DNA of 64,000 nucleotides from the NCBI GenBank assembly GCA_050014195.1, contig JBEKDT010000001.1:128001-192000 (forward strand), given 5' to 3'. A program made the translations under genes and the position numbers. Source of the DNA: Desulfomonilia bacterium. Lineage in GTDB: Bacteria > Desulfobacterota > Desulfomonilia > UBA1062. This document shows, one piece after another, positions 18,359 to 27,872 of this stretch. Below the pieces are notes generated by a model. That model did no database searches and was not told the DNA's origin. It saw nothing but the letters and a program-made list of their open reading frames with translations. Within the stretch, counting starts at the first letter, position 1. Each line of letters begins with the position of its first letter.

Positions 18359-18928
18359 TCAATTGTCATCGAGCCTGTATTTATGGGCTACGAGCAGGTC
18401 ATAATTGGTCTGAAGGGCCTGGTGGTAGCGGGCGTTTTCAAGCGCCAGCGCGCTCAGGCTCGCCACGGCCTCCAAGAACTGGATCTCATGTGCATTGAAT
18501 TCCCGCACCTTGTCGGAGTAGACACGGAGCACACCGATGACCGTCTTTGCACAGATCAGGGGGGCCACTATCACCGACTTGATGCCCTCGGCCTTGGCGC
18601 CGGAACCGTACTGGAAGTCCGGGTCGGTCTGGGCGTTCTTGATGTAGATGCGCTCGCCCTTCAAGACCTTCTGGTCGAGGCCGCTCTCTTTGATGAGCAC
18701 GGGGCCTTTCTTGACATAGCCCTTGGACAGCCCGCAGGATGCCCCCATGACAAGCGCCCTCTTCCGGGAATCAAGAAGCCTGATGGAAGATGCCTTGACG
18801 CCCATGGTATCTACCACGGCCTTTACAACCTCCTGGAGAACGGTGCTCACATCGAGCGACGAATGGACGACCCGCACGACATCGTACAACGCGGTGAAGT
18901 AGTTCTTTTCCTTGTCTTTCACATCCAT
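18359..18928 (-). CDS. Stand-alone GAF domain protein
   Basis: [34 protein letters not shown]. Confidence 0.85.
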   Translation of the reverse strand: MDVKDKEKNYFTALYDVVRVVHSSLDVSTVLQEVVKAVVDTMGVKASSIRLLDSRKRALVMGASCGLSKGYVKKGPVLIKESGLDQKVLKGERIYIKNAQTDPDFQYGSGAKAEGIKSVIVAPLICAKTVIGVLRVYSDKVREFNAHEIQFLEAVASLSALALENARYHQALQTNYDLLVAHKYRLDDN

Positions 18929-19179
18929 TACCCCCCTTCTGGGAAAATTATCTTGCTATGAAGCGACATCGAAGCCCAAGGCGTTGAAGCATATTTATCA
19001 TGATAGTTTGGGTATCTTATGTTGCTTTAATAAATACCACCGTCATAGCAGTCAAGCCTGCTTTTCGGAATCCCCTGTATCTTTCTTGAATTGCACCATA
19101 AAAAGTCGGCCTGTCGGATACGACCCGCGCATGGCTAAAGGATTCCGGACATAAGCCGGCTTTTTCATGTGGGCTGTTC

Positions 19180-20430
19180 TTATGAGCGTTCCAAGGCCTC
19201 GATACGTTGGGCGAGCGGAGGATGCGAGTAGTAGAACCAGGCATAGAGCGGATGGGGGTGGAGGTTTGCAAGGTTATCCTTGGCAAGCCGCTTCAGGGCC
19301 CGTGCAAGGGGAACGGTTGATCCGGTCAGCTCTCGTGCATAGGCATCGGCCTGCCGTTCATACCTGCGTGAGATCATGGACCCGATGGGGATGAAAAAGA
19401 AGGTGAAGGGTTTTCCAATGATGGTGATCAGGAAGAGACCGGCAAAGGGGATGATGGTCTGGAATCCGAATGTCATATACAAGGCCGGCCAGGCTAAAAG
19501 TTTTGCGACTACATAGAGCACGGCAAGCGATAAGACGACTGATGCCGCGAGCTGCTTCCTGACGTGGCCTTTCTTGAGGTGGCCCAGCTCATGGGCCAGG
19601 ACGGCCGTGATCTCTTCAGGGGTGTGGGTGTTGATGAGGGTATCGAAGAGCACGATCCGTTTGAACTTGCCTATGCCGGTGAAATAGGCATTCGTATGCC
19701 TGCTCCTGGTGCTTGCATCCATCTTGAAGAGACCTGTCAGGTGGAAGCCTGCACGTTCAAGAAGCTCTCCGATGCTTTTCTTAAGGGTTTCATCTTCGAT
19801 CGTCTCGAACTTGTTGAACAGCGGGGCGATCACCTTGGGATAGAGCCAGGTGAGCAAAAGCTGGAACAGCACAAAGCATACCCAGGCAGGCAGCCACCAC
19901 AGGCGGGGCAGGGAATAGAGCAGCTCAAGGAACACGGCGAGGATGATCCCCATGATCAGGCCCGAGAGCAGTAATGTCTTTATCTGATCCTTGAGCCATA
20001 GCTTGAAGGTGATGGTGCTGAAGCCGAATCTGCGCTCGATCACAAAGGTGCCGTACAGATCAAAGGGGACCTCTATCACCCCGAGCAGGAACGAGCAGGC
20101 GAACATGAACACGATCCCTGCGAGCACCGGATTGAGGCCCGACAGAAGGTGCGTGCCTGCGAGGTAAGGCAGGAATCCGCTCAGGATAATCACCAGATCG
20201 GCCAGGTCATCGACAAGGATTTCAATGGAGCCCAGGTTGCTTACGGCTACGGTATAATCCCGGATGCGCTTTAAGGTGTCCGGCTCGATCTCGCCCTTAA
20301 ATACATCGGGCACCACATGACCGTATCGCGTGAGGTGCTGTCTGTTCAGAAACCGCAAGCCCAATCGCACCAGCATGCTTACGATGAATAAGGCGAGGAA
20401 GGTTATGAGTAAGACATTCCATTGAATCAT
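19180..20430 (-). CDS. M48 family membrane metallopeptidase (Ste24-like)
   Basis: NAYFTG, HELGH, ERQAD, SHPPL..RI; multiple TM segments. Confidence 0.92.
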   Translation of the reverse strand: MIQWNVLLITFLALFIVSMLVRLGLRFLNRQHLTRYGHVVPDVFKGEIEPDTLKRIRDYTVAVSNLGSIEILVDDLADLVIILSGFLPYLAGTHLLSGLNPVLAGIVFMFACSFLLGVIEVPFDLYGTFVIERRFGFSTITFKLWLKDQIKTLLLSGLIMGIILAVFLELLYSLPRLWWLPAWVCFVLFQLLLTWLYPKVIAPLFNKFETIEDETLKKSIGELLERAGFHLTGLFKMDASTRSRHTNAYFTGIGKFKRIVLFDTLINTHTPEEITAVLAHELGHLKKGHVRKQLAASVVLSLAVLYVVAKLLAWPALYMTFGFQTIIPFAGLFLITIIGKPFTFFFIPIGSMISRRYERQADAYARELTGSTVPLARALKRLAKDNLANLHPHPLYAWFYYSHPPLAQRIEALERS

Positions 20431-20557
20431 AATCGTATTGTCTGCTCCTAGCGCGAAAAAATAATGAACGCTTGGATCTAAAACACTAGGGTACAGGATG
20501 TCAAATAATTATTACATCGAGGCAATTGCAAAACTCAAAAAATGGAACTCCCTTTCA

Positions 20558-21025
20558 TCATCCCCCGTCCGTCTGGGCAAAGGATGCGTTCGAGTAAAGA
20601 TACTCGACCTTTTCCTTGTGGTTCATCTCCTCACTGGCCATCTTGAGAAAGACCTGCCTGAGCTCGCCTTCGGGATGCAGCCCGGCAAGCCCCTTGTAGA
20701 AGTTGTATGAATTCAACTCCCGGTGGGCCGCCACCAGGAAGACATCTTTGGACAACATGTCTTTGCTGATATCCGGTTTGTCCATGTGCTCAGCGATCTT
20801 ATAGTCAACAGGATGGTTCATGCGCAGCGCATCAGCACCGAATCCCCCGTCGCGATAGCTGATGAGGAATGCCTTGTGTTTCTTTTCATCGGCCGCAAGG
20901 AGCTTGAGCGCGTCCTTTGCGCTGTCGTCCTGCACATTATTAAGGAGTCCCATGTAGAACTCATGGGCCTCCTGCTCCCTCTGGATCGCGATATCGATAT
21001 AGTCCCCAAGCCTCTGCTGTTCCAT
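20558..21025 (-). CDS. Ferritin-like (rubrerythrin family) protein
   Basis: Paired E..A.EFY / DEKKH and E.NSY.FY / EEMNH di-iron motifs; GGGAGG RBS. Confidence 0.85.
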   Translation of the reverse strand: MEQQRLGDYIDIAIQREQEAHEFYMGLLNNVQDDSAKDALKLLAADEKKHKAFLISYRDGGFGADALRMNHPVDYKIAEHMDKPDISKDMLSKDVFLVAAHRELNSYNFYKGLAGLHPEGELRQVFLKMASEEMNHKEKVEYLYSNASFAQTDGG

Positions 21026-21119
21026 GCAATGCCTCCCTTTCAGATAATATATATAAGGGCAAGGTTCATCACAGTAAAGCATACTTAGATCATTGAGGAG
21101 CACACAAAGGGATATCTAA

Positions 21120-21177
21120 CACGAAGAGCACGAAGGACACGAAGAAAGGAATACAAGAAAGTCCGTTCTGCTTTTTT
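21120..21177. repeat. Inverted partial copy of the CACGAAG-unit element
   Basis: CACGAAGAGCACGAAGGACACGAAG then CCGTTCTGCTTTT, the reverse complement of AAAAGCAGAACGG at 13555-13567. Confidence 0.75.
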
Positions 21178-21191
21178 ATATTTCTGATTCT

Positions 21192-21221
21192 TTGACAGCT
21201 CTCACATCTTCCTGCTATAAA
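21192..21221 (+). promoter_or_regulatory. Candidate Pc-like promoter facing the cassette array
   Basis: TTGACA-18nt-TATAAA with extended -10 TG. Confidence 0.55.
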
Positions 21222-21411
21222 TACAGTCTAAGCCGATTTGTAGAGCAGCATGGAATTGAATGTTAAGAGCTTACCTGTCTTTGAAGGAGGGTCCACAAAA
21301 ACTCCACGAATCCACCCTTTGGGCACGGAGTTTGGGCTCTTGAAGCTGAAATACGTTACTATCAGGAATATTTATGTCTATATATCTATAACAGGGTAAT
21401 GCCTTGCACTC

Positions 21412-21485
21412 AATATCCGGATATACTGCAATCGTGCATCAAATATTGGATATGCTGCAAAAGTGCAGTATAGTAATTGTTAGGC
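21412..21485 (+). other. attI-like site
   Basis: Core GTTAGGC (21479-85) complementary to GCCTAAC closing cassette 1; no attC-type L-box hairpin upstream; direct repeats GGATATACTGCAA (21419-31) / GGATATGCTGCAA (21448-60). Confidence 0.7.
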
Positions 21486-21548
21486 TAAGAGGTAATATTT
21501 CAAAATGAGCTAGATAAAAAGCAACTTCTAATATGAATGGAGTGATAA

Positions 21549-22607
21549 ATGAAAATTGAATTTATAAATCATAAATCCTGTATATTATTTGTCTTCATCG
21601 TAGCATGTCTTCTTTCACCTAGAATATCTCTGTCAGAATCAGATCTTCCAGACGACAATCTAGCCTACCCGGTACTGTTAATAAGCAAGGAGGGAGGGAC
21701 AGGAAGTGGCTTTTTCTATAATAAGGATGAAGCTATATATCTAATAACAGCAAGACACGTTCTATTCAATGAAACGTCTATACGTGTACCAGAAGCAGTT
21801 ATTGTCCCGAAAAATCTAAGGTGTAAGTTATATTGTATAGAGGATAAAGGGAAAAAAGATAAAAAGGAATTCATACTCACTTTCTATGGTGTCATGTTGG
21901 AGAGCGAAAAAAACGAACTTATTAAGGCGACTCCAAAGACTGATAACTTCAACTTCATTCCAGTTATTGAACGACTTTATAAAGAATCCCAAAAACTTAA
22001 ACTGAGAAGTACTGAACTTACATTATTCTCATATGATAGAAAGGTTAACAAAGGTGGAATAAACGAATTCGAAGTTCAACTGATGGATCTTTATAATAAC
22101 GGTCAAATTAAATACCACCCAACACATGATGTTGCTTTTATTAGAATTGGAATCCCTAAAAAAGTAAAAGGCGAAGATATAATGAAATTGCAGAAAGGAG
22201 TAATAAAGAAACAAGGGACAGGGGTGGGTGGCTTAAGTAAAGACAACTTCAAACTTTTTAAGGATGTTATCGTGGGCAACCAAGTGTTCGTTTTTGGTTA
22301 TCCTACATCAATATCAGGAATAAACCCGTGGCTTGATACTAAATTACCTTTGCTCAGAAAAGGGACTATCGCTGGAAAAAATGAAAATCTTAATGCAATC
22401 ATATTGGACTGTCCAGCCTTTCAAGGAAATAGTGGTGGACTTGTAATAGAAGTTGAACAAGAATCAATTGATAAAATAAAATATAAAGCAATTGGTTTGA
22501 TTACAAATTTAGTGCCTTATGCAGGTGCATGGATTCAGAATTCGGGTTATTCCATCGTTGTCCCTATGGATTTCGTAGAGGAATTATTAAATGCACAATC
22601 TAAATAA
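21549..22607 (+). CDS. Cassette 1: exported trypsin-like serine protease
   Basis: Signal-like N-terminus; TARHV, DVA, GNSGG triad motifs. Confidence 0.8.
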   Translation: MKIEFINHKSCILFVFIVACLLSPRISLSESDLPDDNLAYPVLLISKEGGTGSGFFYNKDEAIYLITARHVLFNETSIRVPEAVIVPKNLRCKLYCIEDKGKKDKKEFILTFYGVMLESEKNELIKATPKTDNFNFIPVIERLYKESQKLKLRSTELTLFSYDRKVNKGGINEFEVQLMDLYNNGQIKYHPTHDVAFIRIGIPKKVKGEDIMKLQKGVIKKQGTGVGGLSKDNFKLFKDVIVGNQVFVFGYPTSISGINPWLDTKLPLLRKGTIAGKNENLNAIILDCPAFQGNSGGLVIEVEQESIDKIKYKAIGLITNLVPYAGAWIQNSGYSIVVPMDFVEELLNAQSK

Positions 22608-22626
22608 CAATGTTTTGGCTATCATA

Positions 22627-22683
22627 GCCTAACCATCGCATCCACCGGACGGCTAAAGCCGCCGGTGATGCACATCGTTCGCC
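22627..22683 (+). repeat. attC 1
   Basis: GCCTAAC...CACCGGAC...CCGGTGA...GTTCGCC. Confidence 0.9.
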
Positions 22684-22701
22684 AAATAATCTGAGATTAA
22701 A

Positions 22702-23763
22702 ATGAGTACGCCAATAATAACAACATCTGATTCAATTAAAATTGCAAGAGGTGTATTCGAGAGATCAAAGTACGAGGTTACTGAAGAATGCATTATAGAC
22801 CTTTCAAAAAATATAACACTAGTAGAAGAAAAAGGTTTATCCAAGTTAAACAATAGGCTGATTGCAGGCGGTAGACATATCCAGGATACACTAGTCGAGC
22901 ATAATTATGCTGCCACAATATTACCTATTCTTGGACCTGAGGCATCTATCGAATATGAACCCGAGGGTTTACATCGACCTCCAGACTTTAAAATAGTTAG
23001 GGAAGGCATTACTTATTGGATTCAAATAAAAAATTTATCAATATTGGAAAGAGAGAATCGGCAAGATAAGATTCTCCAAGAAATTGAGAGACAGATAAGA
23101 GAAATCGAAGTCGGGATGTTCCTTGGATGCCAACTCAATGATGACTTTTCTAGAGATGATATCGAATCACTTTTAACTTTTGTTAGGAGTATTATTAATG
23201 AAGCTAATATAGGGCAAGCGTACTTCTTTCCAAATGAGTCAACACCCAAAGCAAAAATAGAATTCTGGCTTCCAAATAAATTACAATTATCTCATCTCAC
23301 CTTGGGCATATCCGGTGACATTGATATTGTTGAACAGACAGGGCTTGCTCAAGAACAAATAAAAAACAGTATCGTTAATGCAGCAGGTGCTTTTAAATGG
23401 ATTTCTGATGAAAAAACTATCAATCTCATAGCCATGGACTGTGGCCGATATGATGATATTGATATTTGTGATGCATTATTTGGAACAGAATATGATGAAA
23501 TATCTCAGAGCGGTAGACATTGTTGGTGTCGAAAAGAAAATGGTTTATTTAAAAAATCCCCGTATGATGAAACAGTATTCGGTGTGATTTCACTTAGGAA
23601 AAAAGATAAGTGGGCCCCTATTATTAGCACATATACAATGTCCTTTTTCTTGAATGATACTTATAAAGATTCTCTTGATTGTGTAACGAGCCTTTTCCCT
23701 TTCGTGATAATTGTTCAATATAATATGAGACCCCCTATAGGCCATGCCAATTTCATAATCTAA
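22702..23763 (+). CDS. Cassette 2: hypothetical protein, possible PD-(D/E)XK nuclease
   Basis: PPDF...WIQIK motif. Confidence 0.55.
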   Translation: MSTPIITTSDSIKIARGVFERSKYEVTEECIIDLSKNITLVEEKGLSKLNNRLIAGGRHIQDTLVEHNYAATILPILGPEASIEYEPEGLHRPPDFKIVREGITYWIQIKNLSILERENRQDKILQEIERQIREIEVGMFLGCQLNDDFSRDDIESLLTFVRSIINEANIGQAYFFPNESTPKAKIEFWLPNKLQLSHLTLGISGDIDIVEQTGLAQEQIKNSIVNAAGAFKWISDEKTINLIAMDCGRYDDIDICDALFGTEYDEISQSGRHCWCRKENGLFKKSPYDETVFGVISLRKKDKWAPIISTYTMSFFLNDTYKDSLDCVTSLFPFVIIVQYNMRPPIGHANFII

Positions 23764-23794
23764 AAAATGGAATAAGATATTGGGGGAGAATAAA

Positions 23795-23854
23795 GGCGAA
23801 CAAATCATTTCAGCGGACGCGGCGGGGCCGCGCCGCTGATGCCCGCCGTTCGGT
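23795..23854 (+). repeat. attC 2
   Basis: GGCGAAC...CAGCGGAC...CCGCTGA...GTTCGGT. Confidence 0.9.
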
Positions 23855-23862
23855 GACAAGAT

Positions 23863-24924
23863 ATGATGAAATTGATTGATCTAGGTTTTGATCCCTGGTT
23901 TGAAGCACATGTCGATGACATGCGCCGAGAGGATCAAGGAATTGCACGTGTGTCAGCAGTTGACCGCAACTCGTACATTATCAGGAATGAGATCAGAGAG
24001 ATCCCAGCTGAACTTGCAGGGAAGTTCTATTTCCATGTTGAGTCCTCGATTGAGCTGCCATGTGTCGGCGATTGGGTCACCGTGCAGTATCATAATGATG
24101 ACACCTCGGCAATCATCCATGGGATTTTTCCACGAAGGACGTTTTTACGCCGCAAACGTGCCGGCGTAGAAGTGGACTACCAGATGATTGCAGCCAACAT
24201 TGACATCGCTTTCATTGTCCAGTCATGTCACTTTGACTTTAATCTACCTAGACTGAATCGGTATTTAGTAATGGCAGCTGACGGACATGTTGAGCCGATT
24301 GTCATTCTTGCCAAGACGGACTTGATCTCCCACGATGAGCTGCAACAGAAGCTTGCGGCTATTAGACAGGCTGGCATCACGACGAGAGTTATTGCTCTCA
24401 GTAACATAACCGGCTCCGGGTTTGACGAATTCCAGCAGGTATTAATGTCGGGGCGCACATATTGCCTGCTCGGGTCATCCGGAGTCGGCAAGACTACACT
24501 GATCAACCATCTGATTGGACGAGATGATCTTGATACTAAAGCTGTCAGTGGAACAGGAGAAGGCACACACACAACAGCGCGTCGGCAACTCATTGTTCTT
24601 GATAAAGGCATGATGTTCATTGATACACCTGGAATGAGAGAATTAGGCCTTCTGGGCGCCAGTGAGGGAGTAAACAAAGGGTTTGAAGATATTATTGAGC
24701 TTTCCATGACTTGTCGCTATGCCGATTGCAGCCATACTCAGGAATCAGACTGCGCAGTTCTTACTGCAATTACAAACGGCGAGTTGAGTGAAGAGCGCTA
24801 TTCTAGTTATTTGAAACTCAGGAAAGAGTCAGAGCACTATGAGATGTCGTACTTGGACAAACGTAAAAAGGACAGGGCATTCGGACGCTTCGTTAAGACA
24901 GCAAAGAAGAATATGAAAAAATGA
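23863..24924 (+). CDS. rsgA: Cassette 3: ribosome small subunit-dependent GTPase A
   Basis: VGDWV OB fold, circularly permuted GTPase (AKTD, GSSGVGKTT, HTT, DTPG), C..ADC.H..E..C zinc finger. Confidence 0.92.
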   Translation: MMKLIDLGFDPWFEAHVDDMRREDQGIARVSAVDRNSYIIRNEIREIPAELAGKFYFHVESSIELPCVGDWVTVQYHNDDTSAIIHGIFPRRTFLRRKRAGVEVDYQMIAANIDIAFIVQSCHFDFNLPRLNRYLVMAADGHVEPIVILAKTDLISHDELQQKLAAIRQAGITTRVIALSNITGSGFDEFQQVLMSGRTYCLLGSSGVGKTTLINHLIGRDDLDTKAVSGTGEGTHTTARRQLIVLDKGMMFIDTPGMRELGLLGASEGVNKGFEDIIELSMTCRYADCSHTQESDCAVLTAITNGELSEERYSSYLKLRKESEHYEMSYLDKRKKDRAFGRFVKTAKKNMKK

Positions 24925-24933
24925 ATGCCGTGC

Positions 24934-24992
24934 ACCGAACAATCGGCTCCAGCGGACGCGGTGAAACGCGCCGCTGACCCATGCCGTTCGGC
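24934..24992 (+). repeat. attC 3
   Basis: ACCGAAC...CAGCGGAC...CCGCTGA...GTTCGGC. Confidence 0.9.
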
Positions 24993-25008
24993 AGGTGAGG
25001 CGCTTATA

Positions 25009-25980
25009 ATGGCACCACGCAAAGAAGACATCCCGGAATGGCGTCAGTTCGAGCAATTAGTGGCCAGAATCGAGGCTGATGCTGGTCCTCTCGGTTTGAT
25101 CGTGACTTCTCCTGATCGCATAAAGTGCAGGACCACTGGACGCTTACGCGAGGTCGATGCAAGTGTGCGAACACAGATAGGGACATCGAGCATTCTGATC
25201 ACGATTGAATGCCGGAAACGTCGAGTAAAGCAAGACGTTACTTGGATTGAGCAACTTTCGACCAAAAAACATGCGATCGGGGCTGCCCGCACTATTGCCG
25301 TTAGTTCCTCCGGGTTTTCTCAGGAAGCTGAAGCAGCGGCCCTCCAGCACGGCATAGATCTGCGACGATTATCCGATGTATCCGCCGCAGAGATAAACGA
25401 ACTAATAAGGCTAGATTTCGTTTTATTTACACACAAAAGATGCGCCCTGGCTCGTGTTGGCCTCCGACTTTTCCGGTCTTTGGACTGGACGGTGCCCGAT
25501 CCAGAAAACGTAGACCTTATTTTACCGCCAAGCACGGACCCGTTTGCCACTATCTTCAGGAATACGGAGACAGGAGCGACTTGGTCGCTCAATGACCTAT
25601 GGCTGCAATTGCAAGAAGTAACTAATCCGTTTGCCGATGTCGAGAAGGGCTGCGCTCCAGTTATCAAAACTGCTTGTTTTCCTTTTCCTGGCAATGTCAT
25701 CGTGAACACTCCAGACGGGCAGAAAAAGATTGGAGATGTGTTGCTTAGCGTGGCGCTGTCGCTTGAAGTGGAGCAAGTTGATCTGGAATCCGCCAAGAAA
25801 GTTGAATATACGTCTCCAGATGGTGCCGCGATCCAACGAGTGGAGTTTGCCTCTCGTGAACCCGGCGCAGAGGATTGGCATCTTTCGCTACAGATTCCCA
25901 AGGATTCAGTGGATATAAGCCAGCTCAGAACAGGAGGGAACTGGCCAGTAACAAAGCAAACTGATCAAAAGGGCCACTGA
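25009..25980 (+). CDS. Cassette 4: Mrr-like restriction endonuclease domain protein
   Basis: FEQLVA, REVD, IECR, VSSSGFS..A motifs; start placed after attC 3. Confidence 0.75.
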   Translation: MAPRKEDIPEWRQFEQLVARIEADAGPLGLIVTSPDRIKCRTTGRLREVDASVRTQIGTSSILITIECRKRRVKQDVTWIEQLSTKKHAIGAARTIAVSSSGFSQEAEAAALQHGIDLRRLSDVSAAEINELIRLDFVLFTHKRCALARVGLRLFRSLDWTVPDPENVDLILPPSTDPFATIFRNTETGATWSLNDLWLQLQEVTNPFADVEKGCAPVIKTACFPFPGNVIVNTPDGQKKIGDVLLSVALSLEVEQVDLESAKKVEYTSPDGAAIQRVEFASREPGAEDWHLSLQIPKDSVDISQLRTGGNWPVTKQTDQKGH

Positions 25981-26024
25981 GTCGGTGGGTTCAATCTGCC
26001 AACTGCGCGTGCTGATAGCGATAA

Positions 26025-26083
26025 GCCGAACCAGTAAATTCAGCGGACGCAAAAAGCCGCGCCGCTGATGCCCACCGTTCGGT
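26025..26083 (+). repeat. attC 4
   Basis: GCCGAAC...CAGCGGAC...CCGCTGA...GTTCGGT. Confidence 0.9.
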
Positions 26084-26104
26084 GTCTAAGGAGGAGGCGT
26101 AATA

Positions 26105-26353
26105 ATGAATGGGAATAAAGGTGACCACCCATTAACAGATATCCTTATCCATAATATTGAAGTCTATGGCAAAGAAGCAGATGATCTGATTCGTAAGATT
26201 AGTTCCTTATCAAGCAGGAGAGAACTAGATGAGTGGTGGGAAAAGGAAATTAACTGGTCATCAGATAAAACACTAGCCTTACAGAAATCTCAATTGAGAT
26301 ACGAAGAACTTCTTGATCGAGCAAGAAAAAGTGGATGGGAAATTGATGAGTAA
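26105..26353 (+). CDS. Cassette 5: hypothetical 82-aa protein
   Basis: AGGAGG RBS; fills the cassette. Confidence 0.7.
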   Translation: MNGNKGDHPLTDILIHNIEVYGKEADDLIRKISSLSSRRELDEWWEKEINWSSDKTLALQKSQLRYEELLDRARKSGWEIDE

Positions 26354-26355
26354 TC

Positions 26356-26449
26356 ACCGAACAAGCAAATCCAGCGGACCACTGGGGCCGTTTGTCCTTG
26401 CTGATTCAACGCTCACCTGCCCCAGTGGCCGCTGATCCGCACGTTAGCC
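26356..26449 (+). repeat. attC 5
   Basis: ACCGAAC...CAGCGGACCACTGGGG...CCCCAGTGGCCGCTGA...GTTAGCC. Confidence 0.9.
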
Positions 26450-26459
26450 AGGAGAAGTG

Positions 26460-27338
26460 ATGAATTATTTCTCATACAATACTGATGGTGGGCAACGTAG
26501 GTTCGATGTCCTAATCAAAAAAGGACTAGCTGCAACTAGTGGAGATGAGAAGTTTGGTAAACAACTTGGCAAGCTTAATATAGATGACATTCTTCTCATG
26601 TATGAGGATGGATTAGGAATTGTTGCCATCGGAGAAGTTCAAGAAGAATGGGACGGGAAACCTTATAGTAAACCCATATACTATATTCCCGGTAAAGAGT
26701 TTCCCGAAGGTGCAAATGAATATAGAATAAAGGTCAAATGGTTTCTAAATATCTCTGATTCTCCATTGAGCGTTAAGGAACTAAAAGAGCGTATTGGTTA
26801 CATTCCACGTGGTGCAGTAACACCATTCATTAAATGGAGGTATGAGATTGAAAAAATTATTGCTGAACTTAGAGCTCGCAACCCAGAAACTGTTCAAGAT
26901 GCTATTGATGATCTTGAATCTCATAAAAGAGAGTTTAAGTTACTCGATAAAACTGAGCAAGAGTCAATTATCAAAAGCCGAATTGGCCAAGGGATATTTC
27001 GAGAAGAGCTTATCAAAATCTGGGGTAGCTGTTCTGTAACCGGGCTAACCAATCTTTCTCTGTTGCGGGCTTCTCATATAAAACCATGGCGGGAGTGCTC
27101 TAATCAGGAACGCTTAGATCCGATGAACGGACTTTTACTGCATCCTACTTTGGATCATTTGTTTGATTCTGGATTTGTCACATTTGATGCTGATGGGAAA
27201 ATCCTTATATCAAGGAAGTTATCGGAAAAAGATGTTGAGATCCTGCATATTGACCAAAATAGTTATTTGAGGATAATGCCACGAAGGTTAAAGAACTACA
27301 TGCAGTATCATCGAAAGAATGTTTTTAAACCTGGCTAA
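26460..27338 (+). CDS. Cassette 6: HNH endonuclease with extra N-terminal domain
   Basis: RIGQG.FR, CSVTG, ASHIKPW, NGLLL, DHLFD. Confidence 0.88.
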   Translation: MNYFSYNTDGGQRRFDVLIKKGLAATSGDEKFGKQLGKLNIDDILLMYEDGLGIVAIGEVQEEWDGKPYSKPIYYIPGKEFPEGANEYRIKVKWFLNISDSPLSVKELKERIGYIPRGAVTPFIKWRYEIEKIIAELRARNPETVQDAIDDLESHKREFKLLDKTEQESIIKSRIGQGIFREELIKIWGSCSVTGLTNLSLLRASHIKPWRECSNQERLDPMNGLLLHPTLDHLFDSGFVTFDADGKILISRKLSEKDVEILHIDQNSYLRIMPRRLKNYMQYHRKNVFKPG

Positions 27339-27389
27339 CCAGCCACTTCAGCCGACGGGCTACGCCCGCGGCTGACCGGCACGTTGGGC
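27333..27389 (+). repeat. attC 6
   Basis: GGCTAAC...CAGCCGAC...CGGCTGA...GTTGGGC. Confidence 0.9.
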
Positions 27390-27441
27390 ATAGAATCTGC
27401 GGGGACCACCGTTTCCTCGCTTTTTCAAAGGAGAATTCAAT

Positions 27442-27756
27442 ATGCGTTGGAATCATTACGTCTCTTACTTTTTTGGCGGAGCCTTTCTCACAAATGCGAT
27501 CCCGCATTTTGTGAGCGGCGTTACAGGGCACCCTTTCCAAAGCCCTTTTGCCTCTCCCCCGGGGCAAGGGCTCTCTTCCGCCGTGGTGAATGTGCTTTGG
27601 GGCTCGCTCAACCTTGTTATCGGCTACTTGCTCGTATGCCGCATTGGACAATTTGAGTTGCGTCGGACAAGGCATGTTCTCATTGCGGGATTGGGGGGCC
27701 TACTCATGGCCGTGATGCTTGCGCATGTATTTGGTCGCTTCTATGGGGGGCTCTGA
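27442..27756 (+). CDS. Cassette 7: small membrane protein
   Basis: Three hydrophobic segments; AGGAG RBS. Confidence 0.75.
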   Translation: MRWNHYVSYFFGGAFLTNAIPHFVSGVTGHPFQSPFASPPGQGLSSAVVNVLWGSLNLVIGYLLVCRIGQFELRRTRHVLIAGLGGLLMAVMLAHVFGRFYGGL

Positions 27757-27773
27757 AATATGGGAAACGATTT

Positions 27774-27836
27774 GCCCAACAATTCATTCCAGCGGACGGG
27801 CCACACGGTGGCCCGCCGCTGAATTTGTCGTTGGGC
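27774..27836 (+). repeat. attC 7
   Basis: GCCCAAC...CAGCGGAC...CCGCTGA...GTTGGGC. Confidence 0.9.
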
Positions 27837-27872
27837 ATAATACGTAATTTATGATTCTTAGGGAGAACTATC

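Noticed and set aside
24925-25008. ORF-track N-terminal extensions of cassette genes (also 29343, 30568, 34379, 35129)
   Set aside because: They begin inside or run through attC sites; downstream ATGs fit better
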